Counted from the first letter of the stretch, positions 8,921 through 19,270 are shown. The stretch is 64,000 nucleotides of DNA from Candidatus Latescibacterota bacterium (GCA_965219455.1 OZ244744.1:1888001-1952000); one strand, 5' to 3'. A program made the numbers and translations. The notes: generated from the letters alone by a model not told the origin.

Positions 8921-11900
8921 CTACGATTCCTCGAACCCGTGGGTCTCAAACTTGAGTGTCTGGCTGTTCTCCGTGACCGTCCGCACCACGTTCTCCGGAG
9001 CACCATGCGGTATTTCTGCGTGGATCTCCAGCGTAACCTTCACATCCGCGCCCACGATTCCGGAAAGATGCGCGATTACCTCGTCGGCGATCTGGCTGGC
9101 GTCCCGACCCACTCGCTGGGCGTCCAGCGTCGCCGCGCCGTGGTACCGCCTGGCTTTCGGCTTTGGTGGCTCCGGCAGCGGAGGTGTTGTGTCTTCACGA
9201 CGGATTCCTTCCTTGGGATCGCCAGGTATCTCTTCTCCCGGTTCTCGAGGCTTCTCTCGTTCTATCTGTACGCCAGCGACATTCGGTTTCACGACCAGCG
9301 CCCTGCTCTCGGGCGAAACAGTGACGGAACCGGGCGCTCGCAGCCCAATATAACGATTATCGCCTTCATTATAGCTCTCGGCAAAGGCGAAGCTATCCAG
9401 TTTCCAGCTAAGTAATCCCACGCCTTCCTGAATCGCGCGTGTGAGAACATCCGGTCCCGCGAGCCGCGGTAGGTACAGGAACTGCCCGAAATCCTGGACG
9501 AGTTGTCGCACTTCCACGTGATTGCCGCGCCATAGCGGCACGTCATCGAGATGTTTCCTTAGGATTGTGGCGCCGAGCGAGGAAATCAGCATCTCGTCGC
9601 TTCGCAGCCGCCTCGAAGCCCGTTCGGCGAGCCCGCCGGAGGCCGTCAGTCGGATCGCGTTCCATGACAACGCCGACTGTGGGTTAGACTGCTCCGGCGC
9701 CAGCAGCCACTGATACGCCTCTGGAAGGCGCGCCGTTACCGTGTCGTTGGCCACGTTCATCTGGTTTTCGGCCTGGCGGGCCTGGTGTGGATCCAGATTG
9801 AGTTCGACTCTGTCCTCAAGGATCGACTCCCACGCCAGGTACCTGCGCAGGGCTTCGTCCAGGTCCTGCCATCGGACCCTGTCCACCGCGAGGAATACCA
9901 ACGTGTTCCGGTAGAGCCTCGGCGTGTTCCCGCGCATTTCGAGGATTTCCTTTGCGGCCACCTGAGCCGCGTTGTCCGGCTCTTTCCAATAGGGTTGCTC
10001 CGCCGAAAGCACGACGAGCCGCGCATCCAGATCGTCGGGCACGTCCGCCCCTGAACGGGGCAGTGGATGGATTCGCTCGAAGTCTCCCGCCGCGCGCAAG
10101 TCCGTTTTGAGCCGCTTTTCCAGTTCCGCCGCCACCTCGTCGGGCTGCCCCCTCAACTGCTCGGCGCGGTCTTCGGCCAGCTTGGTGACGGTGGGCTGCG
10201 TCGCATACCACACCCGGGCGCCGTCCTGGTAGAGATAGGTCGCCGCCGCCGCCAACCGGCGCAGCGCGTCGCCGAAAATGGCTGGCGTCTCACCCGGCAT
10301 CACGCAGCCGAGCTTGACACGGGCATCATCGATACCCCGGTGGGCCGCAGCGGAGGTCGGCGCGGAACCGAGATAAACGGTGCGCGCCACCCGCCGTGCC
10401 GCAGAGAGTTTGCCGAGGTTCGGCGCCTCGGCGTCGATCCTGAGGGGTAAGGCGCCGGGACCGTCAACGTCCTTTTCGATGACGGGCGTCCAGTTTTCAG
10501 GCAAATACCGTGTCAACTCATTCTGCACCCGCTGATCGTCAATGGGGATCGTGGACGGCAGAATCATCGGATTGCGGTCTCCACGCTCCCACAGGCTGTG
10601 GATCACCGAAGCCATCAGTCGCAACACGCCGCGGGTGCGCTGGAACCTGGCAAGCGAGGACCAGTCCGTGTAGAGCCGGTCAAAGATCTCCGGATGGATC
10701 GGGTACGCAGCCTGAACACGTCGTTGGTAATCCATGGTGCGGCATTCGGCGGGAAACTCCACCTGTTGAGAGCGGTATAGTTCCGCAAAAGCCTGTACGG
10801 TTAAATCGCGTTGTTTGAAGGCATCCGTCCCCCCGAGCGGTTCGAACAACCGGCGCCTCACGATCTCGAAGCTCTCCTCAGCGCTTGCCGGCCGCCAGGG
10901 CGAATCGACCCGCCCGAGAACATTACTCAAGCGTTCCAGGGCGCTGCGGCCCCGAATACCGCCCACTTCCGCATCGTCAGCCTCAGTGTGCGACGAACTC
11001 GATCCGGACGTGTCCGAAGCAGGAAGCGAAATCACCAGCAGGCAGTTGCCCGTAAGTTTCGCCGATTCGGTTAGCGCCTGCGCAAAGGTAAACTGCGTCT
11101 CAAAACTGCCGCCGGGCAGATCACCCTCATCGTGGAGCTGTCGCGCGTACGACACCCACTCATCGATGAGCACCACGCAAGGTCCGTACTCGTTGAATAG
11201 TTCACGCAACGCGTCACCGGGATTCGTCGCCTGTTCATCGTCGGCGCGGACCCGCTCGAACGCATCCCTCCCGCCAAGCTGGTAGGCTAGTTCGCCCCAT
11301 AAAGTGCGCACCACGGTCCCGTCCGGTTTTTCCACCGGATTGCCGGGAGAAATGCGGTTGCCAACAAGCACCACGCGCCGTACGGCCGAGGGCGTATCGA
11401 CTGCCGCTCCCGCCAGCACCTCGTCCATACCCTCGAGCTTTCCCGGCGCAATGCCGGAAAACAGGTGGTAAAGCGCCAGCATGGAGTGCGTCTTGCCCCC
11501 GCCGAAGTTGGTCTGCAACTGCACCACCGGGTCGCTTCCCTTACCCGCCAGCCTCCTCGCCGCGCCCTCCAGCAGACGTCTCAGACTTTCGGTGAGGTAC
11601 GTCCGACGGAAGAACTCCCGCGGGTCACGGTACTCGTCCGAGCCCTCTCCGAGATGAACCTGCCACAAATCCGCGGCGAACTCCGCCTGTTGGTACCCGC
11701 CGGTGGCCACGTCGGCGTGCGGCATCACCACCTCTCGCCACGGTTTCAGAGCGCCTGCACTGGCGGATTCAATCAGCGCGCCCACCACCCGGCGTTTTTC
11801 TCCCCGCACCTGTTCGTCCATCACCAGGCGGCGAAGCTCCATCTTCATGCGATTGACCTCGTCCGCCTGCGACGCCGAGACTGCCGTGAGCAACCGCTCT

Positions 11901-12247
11901 GCCGAGTCGAGGGCTCTATCCGTATCGTCGCTGGAAAAGTGGTGTTGGTGCGCCCACTTGTTGCGCCAATCGCGCAGTTCAGAGACAAGGCTACGCTCGG
12001 TGTGCCCGAGCGTGTACTTGAAGACATCGTTCCAAATGGCCCACATCAACTTTAGCAGCGCGGCAGCGTCCCACCCGTCGACAGGTTTGCCCTTGAGCAT
12101 CGGGTCATCGGGGAAATTGTGGAAGCCGTATTCATCCAATCGCTTTGCTTTAATTGCATTCTTGACTTCGCGATCGACGAATGGACCCAGCCCCGCCTTC
12201 AGTAGATCGAGCGCCTTTTCGACGCGTTCACGGTTGGTTACGGCCAT
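8921..12247 (-). CDS. DUF499 AAA+ ATPase with N-terminal Swt1-like HEPN domain (BREX-related system ATPase)
   Basis: Walker A QTNFGGGKTH, Walker B VLIDE, YPIHPE motif; N-terminal RNKWAH (R-X4-H); 1108 aa. Confidence 0.9.
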   Translation of the reverse strand: MAVTNRERVEKALDLLKAGLGPFVDREVKNAIKAKRLDEYGFHNFPDDPMLKGKPVDGWDAAALLKLMWAIWNDVFKYTLGHTERSLVSELRDWRNKWAHQHHFSSDDTDRALDSAERLLTAVSASQADEVNRMKMELRRLVMDEQVRGEKRRVVGALIESASAGALKPWREVVMPHADVATGGYQQAEFAADLWQVHLGEGSDEYRDPREFFRRTYLTESLRRLLEGAARRLAGKGSDPVVQLQTNFGGGKTHSMLALYHLFSGIAPGKLEGMDEVLAGAAVDTPSAVRRVVLVGNRISPGNPVEKPDGTVVRTLWGELAYQLGGRDAFERVRADDEQATNPGDALRELFNEYGPCVVLIDEWVSYARQLHDEGDLPGGSFETQFTFAQALTESAKLTGNCLLVISLPASDTSGSSSSHTEADDAEVGGIRGRSALERLSNVLGRVDSPWRPASAEESFEIVRRRLFEPLGGTDAFKQRDLTVQAFAELYRSQQVEFPAECRTMDYQRRVQAAYPIHPEIFDRLYTDWSSLARFQRTRGVLRLMASVIHSLWERGDRNPMILPSTIPIDDQRVQNELTRYLPENWTPVIEKDVDGPGALPLRIDAEAPNLGKLSAARRVARTVYLGSAPTSAAAHRGIDDARVKLGCVMPGETPAIFGDALRRLAAAATYLYQDGARVWYATQPTVTKLAEDRAEQLRGQPDEVAAELEKRLKTDLRAAGDFERIHPLPRSGADVPDDLDARLVVLSAEQPYWKEPDNAAQVAAKEILEMRGNTPRLYRNTLVFLAVDRVRWQDLDEALRRYLAWESILEDRVELNLDPHQARQAENQMNVANDTVTARLPEAYQWLLAPEQSNPQSALSWNAIRLTASGGLAERASRRLRSDEMLISSLGATILRKHLDDVPLWRGNHVEVRQLVQDFGQFLYLPRLAGPDVLTRAIQEGVGLLSWKLDSFAFAESYNEGDNRYIGLRAPGSVTVSPESRALVVKPNVAGVQIEREKPREPGEEIPGDPKEGIRREDTTPPLPEPPKPKARRYHGAATLDAQRVGRDASQIADEVIAHLSGIVGADVKVTLEIHAEIPHGAPENVVRTVTENSQTLKFETHGFEES

Positions 12248-12259
12248 TATCGTTTTCCC

Positions 12260-12697
12260 TCATCCAAGATGTTCGATTTCCACGTTGCCCCAATGCTGTT
12301 TCAGATACTCGGCTACGAGCCGCCGATGGCATCGGTGCGGCTTGTCCTCGCTGCACAGCAGGCATCCGTCGGCGACAATCTCTTTCGGAACCGTCGCCTC
12401 AATTCGCCGCTCGCGCATAAGCGCAATGAAGCGATCCTCGTAGGCTGCCCATTTACAACGCCGTTTCCTGTAGTCGTCCAGCAACTCCTTCGTCGGGGCC
12501 AGCGCGGGCAGGTGAATGTACTCCATCCCGCAGAGCTCGCCCAAGAAAAACGCGAGGTCGTCCTTCTTCGCAAAACCGGCAAGTTGAGAGCCATTGTTGA
12601 GCCGCACGTCGACGACACGCTTGACGCCCGACTCACGAAGCAGATCAAAAAAACGGTGGGCAGGCTTTTTTGTGAATCCGATGGTAGAGATTTTCAT
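12260..12697 (-). CDS. DUF488 family protein, copy 1
   Basis: TIGFT, VVDVRL, LLCSE..PHRCHRR motifs. Confidence 0.9.
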   Translation of the reverse strand: MKISTIGFTKKPAHRFFDLLRESGVKRVVDVRLNNGSQLAGFAKKDDLAFFLGELCGMEYIHLPALAPTKELLDDYRKRRCKWAAYEDRFIALMRERRIEATVPKEIVADGCLLCSEDKPHRCHRRLVAEYLKQHWGNVEIEHLG

Positions 12698-12740
12698 GGG
12701 GGTCAATTGTTGGCGTCTCAAACAAACTATCGGCGAGAAT

Positions 12741-13973
12741 CTATTCCGCCGCCCAGATAACGAGCTGTAATTCGCTGTCGTCGATCAAACTGTATTTGGG
12801 TAATCGTCCCGAGAGTCCATCGCTCTCGTTGAGAATGATCGGGACTCCATCGCCGCGCCGGTCTATAAAGTGGCTCCTTCCCAGGCCCGTTGGCGCACGA
12901 CAACGCATCAACAGGTAAACAATGAGTTTGTTCCTGCTGGCTTGCCGAAGGTGCAGGCTGTCGGAAGACAGCGTACCCACCAGACCGCCTGGCACATAGA
13001 GCTCAAGGCGATCGCGAAACAGGCGCAGGCGAATCCGGGAACCAGCGATAGAGTAATCGCGGTGTGCAACAGCATTGACGAGTGCCTCGAACATGGCCCG
13101 CTCACTAAACTGCGGACGGTCGGCCCGGGCCGTCGTCTTGCTCGCTCCTACGAGCATATTCCGTCGGATGAAATGCATTGCTTCCTCTACCTGCTCGTCG
13201 AGTGGCCCACCGATGTCGCGGGCCTCGCTTTGAGAGTTGACATCAGCGCGTTCACCCGCGTAACTGACGGCTTGTATGTACGCGTGGGGAAGCCATTGCT
13301 GCGGATTGCGCGTACATAGCAGCACGGCGGCGAGCGTTAGACGTGGAACTTCGTAATCGTCGTCGGCCACAAGGCCAAGCTTGCTTGCGAAGATTTCATT
13401 GACGCCTTCCTCAGCTGAGTCTTCTTGCAGAAAGCGGCGCGTCAACGAATAATCCAAATTACCGGTATTGGTTCGCGGTACAAGGGACTCGTCAAAGCGG
13501 ATCACGGGAGTCTGGCTGCGGTCCTGGAAGAGCCGGGCGAGTGCTTCCGGCGTCATTTCGCGCTTCGAACCGCCAATTCTGCGTTCGTATCCGCCGGCAC
13601 TCCGGTGGACAAACAAGCTGCGGTCAACGTCGATTCGGACCACCGGAACAAGCGTGCCCGTGGCATTTGGTAACTCGATCTTGCGGGTCGCCATGTCGAG
13701 CGGGGGAGTCACCGTGTCGTTGCAAATCTCGCACACCCAGCGCTCGACCGCATCAAGGTGTTCCAGAGGGATACCCACGACATCCCGGGTCGTGTCGTCG
13801 ACCCCCAGTACAAGAGTTCCGCCGCGATTGTTGGCAAAGGCCGCGAGTTCGTCACAGAGTTCGTTGCGATGCGGGTTGGAAACGCGGCCGCCCGACAGCA
13901 CGACCCGCTTGAATTCCATGGTCGAGTCCTCTCCGAGGCTGATACGGCGTGCCAGATTCGTGTCCGTCATCAC
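12741..13973 (-). CDS. Schlafen/AlbA_2 domain protein with RecG-C-like HATPase domain
   Basis: GED..MEFK, AFAN.RGG.L.LGVDD and EALVNAVAHRDY motifs. Confidence 0.9.
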   Translation of the reverse strand: MMTDTNLARRISLGEDSTMEFKRVVLSGGRVSNPHRNELCDELAAFANNRGGTLVLGVDDTTRDVVGIPLEHLDAVERWVCEICNDTVTPPLDMATRKIELPNATGTLVPVVRIDVDRSLFVHRSAGGYERRIGGSKREMTPEALARLFQDRSQTPVIRFDESLVPRTNTGNLDYSLTRRFLQEDSAEEGVNEIFASKLGLVADDDYEVPRLTLAAVLLCTRNPQQWLPHAYIQAVSYAGERADVNSQSEARDIGGPLDEQVEEAMHFIRRNMLVGASKTTARADRPQFSERAMFEALVNAVAHRDYSIAGSRIRLRLFRDRLELYVPGGLVGTLSSDSLHLRQASRNKLIVYLLMRCRAPTGLGRSHFIDRRGDGVPIILNESDGLSGRLPKYSLIDDSELQLVIWAAE

Positions 13974-14845
13974 GTCTTCTCCTTGACCAGAATGAGGTGA
14001 CGAGGCAGATCCCCGCCCGGCACAATTTCCACAGGGGCCCGTGTCAGCGTCGACTCGTCTGCGCCCTGTGACGACATGCCCGCCCGAATTCTCGCCAAAT
14101 CTTCAGACGTTATCGTTCCGTTGTCTCGGATCCAGAGCCAATCCGGCCAGCCACCGTCAACCGGTTCGAAACGTACCCAGTCGTAACTTTCCAACTCGTC
14201 CAAAGGTGGGCCTGTGTGCGCTTGATCTATGATATCTCGAATTGACCCTCGAATCAGCGATATCAGGTGCGTGCGTCCCTCAGGGCAGTCAAATAGGCAA
14301 CGCCATGGCAATGCGGCGCACGATGCATGAATCGAATTGAAGTCTCTGTGTCCACGGTTCGAGATCGCTTCGCGAATGATCCAGCTTGGCACCAGCGTGC
14401 AACCCAGTTGACCTTTGTCGGCGCACTGACAGCAGTGCCAATAGGGAAATGTATCGTCAAGGTCCGCATGGTTATACAGAAGATACAGCGGGATGGCGCC
14501 TACACTTCCAGAGAACTCTTCAAGGATGTCTATCTGAAAGGGGCCCGACGATTTCACCCTGGCGTTTAGGTGTTCATACCTGTTTGATGGATACAGCTTT
14601 TTGGCTTGCACTGCAAACGCTAACGCTCGATTGCTGCCAGCGTAAATCAGGATCCACAGATCGGTACCTACTACCGATTCCTGTGCCTTAGTGCATTGAA
14701 ACAGCCTCGCATTATCCTTCATCGAACGTGTGAAATCCAGAGCGAGTAGATCGGTCAGCGTCTCCTCGCCAAGCCGGACTTTCAGGTCACGTGACAGTTT
14801 TAGCCTTTCCCAAGTGTCGGCGGCAATTTTTTCAGAAGGAGTCAT
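13970..14845 (-). CDS. PD-(D/E)XK-like nuclease (DUF6615-like)
   Basis: EETLTD, ES..G.D.W, AVQAKKL and PLYLLYN motifs; start reassigned to ATG 14845. Confidence 0.65.
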   Translation of the reverse strand: MTPSEKIAADTWERLKLSRDLKVRLGEETLTDLLALDFTRSMKDNARLFQCTKAQESVVGTDLWILIYAGSNRALAFAVQAKKLYPSNRYEHLNARVKSSGPFQIDILEEFSGSVGAIPLYLLYNHADLDDTFPYWHCCQCADKGQLGCTLVPSWIIREAISNRGHRDFNSIHASCAALPWRCLFDCPEGRTHLISLIRGSIRDIIDQAHTGPPLDELESYDWVRFEPVDGGWPDWLWIRDNGTITSEDLARIRAGMSSQGADESTLTRAPVEIVPGGDLPRHLILVKEKT

Positions 14846-14864
14846 TACGTAGTCCGTCCGATTA

Positions 14865-15467
14865 TTAAAACAGCCGCCGCAGCCATTTGATGAATTTTGT
14901 GCTGAGTGCTCCATCCACGTGCAAGTCACGTGCGCCGATAGCGGCGCCCATCAGCCTGGGGTTCTCCCTTGCTGCCAGCCAAGCGTGGATCCTGGCTCGC
15001 TGTATCTTTTTCTCAGTAAACTTACGATCCGCCTCTGGAATGCAGTCAATGTAACGCCGGGCTCGTGGCCAAATTGGATCATCGTCTGGAACCATTTCCG
15101 CAACGAAGTCTTCAAGTTCGCCTGATGATGAATTGTCGGGCATCAACCAGATGCCAACTCGAGGGGATCCATTAATGATGGTACCTTCTGCGCCGGGGTA
15201 GTCAGGCACCTCGATGTCTTCCTCTCGAAGCCGGTTGGCCACAGAGCTCCAGCGAGCATTTACGTCTTCGTTCGCGTCTGCGACAATGCCGAGAGCCCTG
15301 CGACCGGGAACCCGCAATTCCAGGCCGATTTCCCCGAGAAGGACATCAATTCCTTCCTTATCGGAAATGTAGAACTTCGGCATCTTTTCTAAGCGGTCAG
15401 CCAGATGCCGGACGACACGCTTGTCATCCAGCCCTTCCACGAGTAGAACACGATCATCACCCGACAT
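14865..15467 (-). CDS. DUF3226 TOPRIM-like protein
   Basis: VLLVEG.DD, GIVADAN and WLMPDN...GELEDF motifs; directly downstream of an ABC ATPase. Confidence 0.85.
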   Translation of the reverse strand: MSGDDRVLLVEGLDDKRVVRHLADRLEKMPKFYISDKEGIDVLLGEIGLELRVPGRRALGIVADANEDVNARWSSVANRLREEDIEVPDYPGAEGTIINGSPRVGIWLMPDNSSSGELEDFVAEMVPDDDPIWPRARRYIDCIPEADRKFTEKKIQRARIHAWLAARENPRLMGAAIGARDLHVDGALSTKFIKWLRRLF

Positions 15468-15471
15468 TTAG

Positions 15472-16650
15472 CTACCTCACCTCTACACCAACAGGTTGCT
15501 TCGCTAGTTCCCTGATATTACGCTCCGAATATTCGACGGCTCGGAGACCTCCATCTTCGCGTTCGAGACGCACGAGCGCCCCTTCGATACCGTCACAGTC
15601 ATCAATGGCTTGCGCAAAGCCACGAACGCAATCGTAGCTGTGCGTCGTGGCCAATACCTGCACGTTATTCTCGTGCGCCGTCATAAGAACCATCCGCCAG
15701 AACTCCCTTTGGACGGAATGATGAATACCGTTTTCGGCTTCATCGATGAGCAGAAAACCGTCGCGGCTGTTTGCCAGCGCCACGGCAGTGGCGGCCAGGT
15801 GCAGTGCCCCATCGCCCAGACTTTGCAAGGGGACTGGACGAGCCTGGCCCCGGAGCTTTGCGACCACTCGCTCAACATGTTCCTTGTCAAATGGTTCGTC
15901 GTTGCGAATCACGGCCACGCGCTCCAGGTCGCTCCCGAAAATCAGTCTCAGGGCCCGTATCGCTCGGTCCTCATCATCAGTCAGCGCAATGGCATTCCAG
16001 AAACGTACCATTTCTTCGTTGCTCAACACACCCGGTCCCAATGGTTGACATCCTATTGGGGACGACCACTTAGCTCCGACCAATAGGTCCCATGAGAAAA
16101 GGAACGCGCCAGCGCTATGGCGTTCTACGGTTCTGGCCGCCGCCGATCCCTGGATGGGGAGAAACCATGGCAGCAATTGTCCAGCGCCTTGAAATACGAC
16201 TTTGAATGCCTGACGATAGCCGTGTGCAAAATGGCCAGAGAGTGATTGCTTGAGTTGAGAAACCTGTTGGTCGTCCAGAGGCTCCTCCTCAATCCTGAGT
16301 TGATCCTCGCAGATATTGGGCCCGATCGAGATGCAGGCATTCCTCGACACATTCCGTCCATGGAACAGGGCCGCAAAGTCAGGTAGAAATCTTCTCTGCC
16401 GATTGGGATCATCGCAGATAGCGAGAGCCCGCTCTTGGCGGCTCTCCAGCAAGCCGGACAACACGCCATAGTTCCCGCGGGCTGCGTAGACCCGGACGGC
16501 ATCCAGAACGGTCGTCTTACCGACACCATTCTTTCCCGCCAGCAGCGTCACGCGACCCAACTTCCCTATCGTAAGTGACGCGATACCTCGAAATCCGGTT
16601 ATCGACAGATCCGGAAGATGAAGCCGGTTTTCATGGCGTTCTTCAGACAT
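15472..16650 (-). CDS. ABC-type ATPase (AAA_15/AAA_21)
   Basis: GFRGI, Walker A GKNGVGKT, signature SLGDG, Walker B LIDEAENGIH, ATTHS. Confidence 0.9.
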   Translation of the reverse strand: MSEERHENRLHLPDLSITGFRGIASLTIGKLGRVTLLAGKNGVGKTTVLDAVRVYAARGNYGVLSGLLESRQERALAICDDPNRQRRFLPDFAALFHGRNVSRNACISIGPNICEDQLRIEEEPLDDQQVSQLKQSLSGHFAHGYRQAFKVVFQGAGQLLPWFLPIQGSAAARTVERHSAGAFLFSWDLLVGAKWSSPIGCQPLGPGVLSNEEMVRFWNAIALTDDEDRAIRALRLIFGSDLERVAVIRNDEPFDKEHVERVVAKLRGQARPVPLQSLGDGALHLAATAVALANSRDGFLLIDEAENGIHHSVQREFWRMVLMTAHENNVQVLATTHSYDCVRGFAQAIDDCDGIEGALVRLEREDGGLRAVEYSERNIRELAKQPVGVEVR

Positions 16651-16779
16651 GGCGTCAGTCCCTTCGTCGATGGCGAGAGTATCAAGTTAACGAAATGGAT
16701 ATACAGTAATTTTCGTGATGACTTTCAAAACTTTAGAATGCGTTTGCAATAGTGCCATAATTTCGCCGATGTAGAGGCA

Positions 16780-16806
16780 TGCGGGCGAGACGCCCGCGCT
16801 CCCAGG
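16780..16806 (-). repeat. Free-standing REP family 1 copy
   Basis: TGCGGGCGAGACGCCCGCGCTCCCAGG; one mismatch to the REP at 25374-25399. Confidence 0.8.
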
Positions 16807-16924
16807 ATACTCTACGCAACACGTCGCACGATTTCAGGCCAGCTTTGGACGAGGCCGTTGATGGAGAGAAATCAGGGAGAGAGGCACCTACTTCGTTTTC
16901 TTGTATAGCTCATCTTCGACAAAC

Positions 16925-17335
16925 CTATGCAGCGTTTATGCGCCGCTTAAACTCGACCGCTATCGAGTTGCAAACGCCTCGTGCCTGGGACACCGCCCGA
17001 TCAGCATCCGCCTCCGTGGCCTCTTGCCAATCGCCTGGATACCGTGCCTCAAGAGCCCATTGGGTCAATTGGGCAAGATCCGTGTGCGTACGCCGCACCG
17101 ACCAGGTGTCCGGGAGGAGGTTACGCAATGCATCCAGGTCGTGTCGTAACGGAAAGTCTGTTTCTTCGAGTACGAGTGCTGCCTTTAAAGCCTTTTCGGC
17201 AGCTTGCTGGGCGAGGAAACAGGCGTGGCGAGGTCGTGAGCCATCCGTCGCCAGCAACCGTTGCGCAACATCGAGATCCTCCATGGCGAATCGAAGCCAT
17301 CGGCGAGCCTGGTCAACGAGTTCAGGATCGCTCAT
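16925..17335 (-). CDS. HEPN domain protein (HEPN/MNT pair)
   Basis: ACFLAQQAAEKALKA, HDL and ARYPG motifs. Confidence 0.9.
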   Translation of the reverse strand: MSDPELVDQARRWLRFAMEDLDVAQRLLATDGSRPRHACFLAQQAAEKALKAALVLEETDFPLRHDLDALRNLLPDTWSVRRTHTDLAQLTQWALEARYPGDWQEATEADADRAVSQARGVCNSIAVEFKRRINAA

Positions 17336-17648
17336 ACAGGACCTTCCCTTCGCGGAGTGCTGAACGCAACACGGTCCCAACAAGATGACCGCGACGAGTG
17401 ACTTCCTCGGGAGTCGCTATCACTATGTCCTTGCAAACCGGGAGATCTCCCAGGGCCCGTCGGATTTCGATAGCCGTATCCCGCTTGTCGGACACATTGG
17501 GCAGAATTACGAGCAAGTCCACGTCGCTTGAGTCGGTGGCCGTGCCCCGTGCATGGGACCCGAAGAGAACGAGCCGAGAAGGCTTCCAGCCTTCTACAAT
17601 GCGGTCTACCATGGTCGATATGAACGTCTCCGAGGCCGGTATTTTCAT
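17322..17648 (-). CDS. Minimal nucleotidyltransferase (MNT)
   Basis: LFGSHARG..SDVDLLV motif; overlaps the HEPN start. Confidence 0.9.
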   Translation of the reverse strand: MKIPASETFISTMVDRIVEGWKPSRLVLFGSHARGTATDSSDVDLLVILPNVSDKRDTAIEIRRALGDLPVCKDIVIATPEEVTRRGHLVGTVLRSALREGKVLYERS

Positions 17649-17658
17649 GCGATGCGTC

Positions 17659-18093
17659 CTATCGGAGATGGACAATTTCAACGTCACCCCAATGTTGTTT
17701 CAGGTACTCTGCAAGCCTGCGGTGGCAGCGGTGCGGTTTATCCTCGCTGCAAAGCAGACAGCCGCCCGAGACGATCTCTTTCGAAACGGTCCTTTCGATC
17801 TGCCGCTCACGCATCAGCGCGATGAATCGGTCCTCGTAGGCTGCCCAAACGCAACGCCGATTCCTGTAGTCGCCCTGCAACTCCTTCGTCGGCGCCAGTT
17901 CGGGTACGTGAACGTATCCCATCTCACAGAGTTCGCTCAGAAAATACGCGAGGTCGTCCTTCTTCGCAAAACCGGCGAATTGCGACTCATTGTTAAGCCG
18001 AACGTCGACGATTCGCCGGGCGCCGGACTGTCGAAGAAGGTCGAAGAAGCGACGGGCGGGTTTCTCTGTGAAGCCGATGGTGGAGATTTCCAC
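17659..18093 (-). CDS. DUF488 family protein, copy 2
   Basis: GTG start; nearly collinear with and highly similar to 12260..12697. Confidence 0.85.
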   Translation of the reverse strand: MEISTIGFTEKPARRFFDLLRQSGARRIVDVRLNNESQFAGFAKKDDLAYFLSELCEMGYVHVPELAPTKELQGDYRNRRCVWAAYEDRFIALMRERQIERTVSKEIVSGGCLLCSEDKPHRCHRRLAEYLKQHWGDVEIVHLR

Positions 18094-18184
18094 GTCTCCG
18101 TGCGCGGCAGTTGGCAGATCATCCAGTCGGGAGTTTCCAGTACGAAAATCCGCAACCGCTGGACAATACTATATAAAAAGATCG

Positions 18185-19270
18185 CTAACGGTGATTTTCA
18201 ACAGATTCCGTGATTGGCGGCTCGAGCATGGACCGATTCAATTCGCCGACCGAGACCTGCAGCAGTTCAGCGGCCCTAGCCACGGGGATAGCTCCCTCAG
18301 CCATGGCGCGGTAACACAGCCGCTCGAAACGCTGCGGTACCTCTATGGGCATCGCATAAGGCTCTTCATACGGAGGCCGCCGCCAGCCCTGACGAGAGAA
18401 CTCCCCGAACAACACCTTGAAAAGAGACAAGCTGATAATGCCGAGATCCTTAAATCGATAGGTTAGAGCTTGAACACTTACCCCGAATAGTTGCTTTAGT
18501 GCAAAGAGTTCCCTCCATCCGATGGACGTTCGGCGCTTCCCAACGGCGGCCCACAGCGCTTCGGCGGGCATCAGGAACGCCCCGCCAAAACGGTAGGCGG
18601 CTTTCTCATCGTCTATATTTGCTGCGACGTCAAGGACTAGATGGCCGAGTTCATGCGCCATTGTCAAGCGTTGCCGCTCTCCCCATTCCTTATCGTTTAC
18701 GACAAGGACCGGAACCTGACGCTTTCCGGGGCGACGAACCCGCGCCATAAGGCCGTCGATATTTCCAAGATCAATTGCAAGGACCTTAATTCCATGTTCT
18801 TCGACCAACTCTACAAGATCAGGGATCGGGTCAAACCCCAAGCCCCAATACAACCTAAGATTGTTTGCGGCACGTTCCGCTTCAGAGGGATCGCTGACGA
18901 CAGGATACGGCGCGGCGCGGGGTTTGTCCCAGTTTACGCTCGTCAGATGGAGAAACTCCTCTACTTCAAGGTAGCGTTCCAGCAAGTGAATTACTTTCGC
19001 TTCGACCTGCGCCTCCTCGCGTCGACCCGTAATCTTCTTCTTCCGAAATTCGACGGACTCTAATGCGATTTCCTGGTCTCCGTTCAAGTAGTCCACGGGC
19101 ACTGATAGGGCGTTGGCCAGCGCTGTGAGGACGTCTGGGCTTGGCGTCGAGGCGCCACGCTCGTACTTGCCGATCGCCTGTGCCGTCACCCGACTTACAA
19201 TGCGTGCCTCAAGACCACGGAGAGAGAGGCCTGCAGCGGTCCGTGCAATCTTCAGTTTTCGCCCTACCAT
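18185..19270 (-). CDS. XRE HTH + ImmA/IrrE zinc metallopeptidase fusion
   Basis: N-terminal HTH (IGKYERG..P) and AHELGH HExxH motif; divergent from the CBASS operon. Confidence 0.9.
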   Translation of the reverse strand: MVGRKLKIARTAAGLSLRGLEARIVSRVTAQAIGKYERGASTPSPDVLTALANALSVPVDYLNGDQEIALESVEFRKKKITGRREEAQVEAKVIHLLERYLEVEEFLHLTSVNWDKPRAAPYPVVSDPSEAERAANNLRLYWGLGFDPIPDLVELVEEHGIKVLAIDLGNIDGLMARVRRPGKRQVPVLVVNDKEWGERQRLTMAHELGHLVLDVAANIDDEKAAYRFGGAFLMPAEALWAAVGKRRTSIGWRELFALKQLFGVSVQALTYRFKDLGIISLSLFKVLFGEFSRQGWRRPPYEEPYAMPIEVPQRFERLCYRAMAEGAIPVARAAELLQVSVGELNRSMLEPPITESVENHR

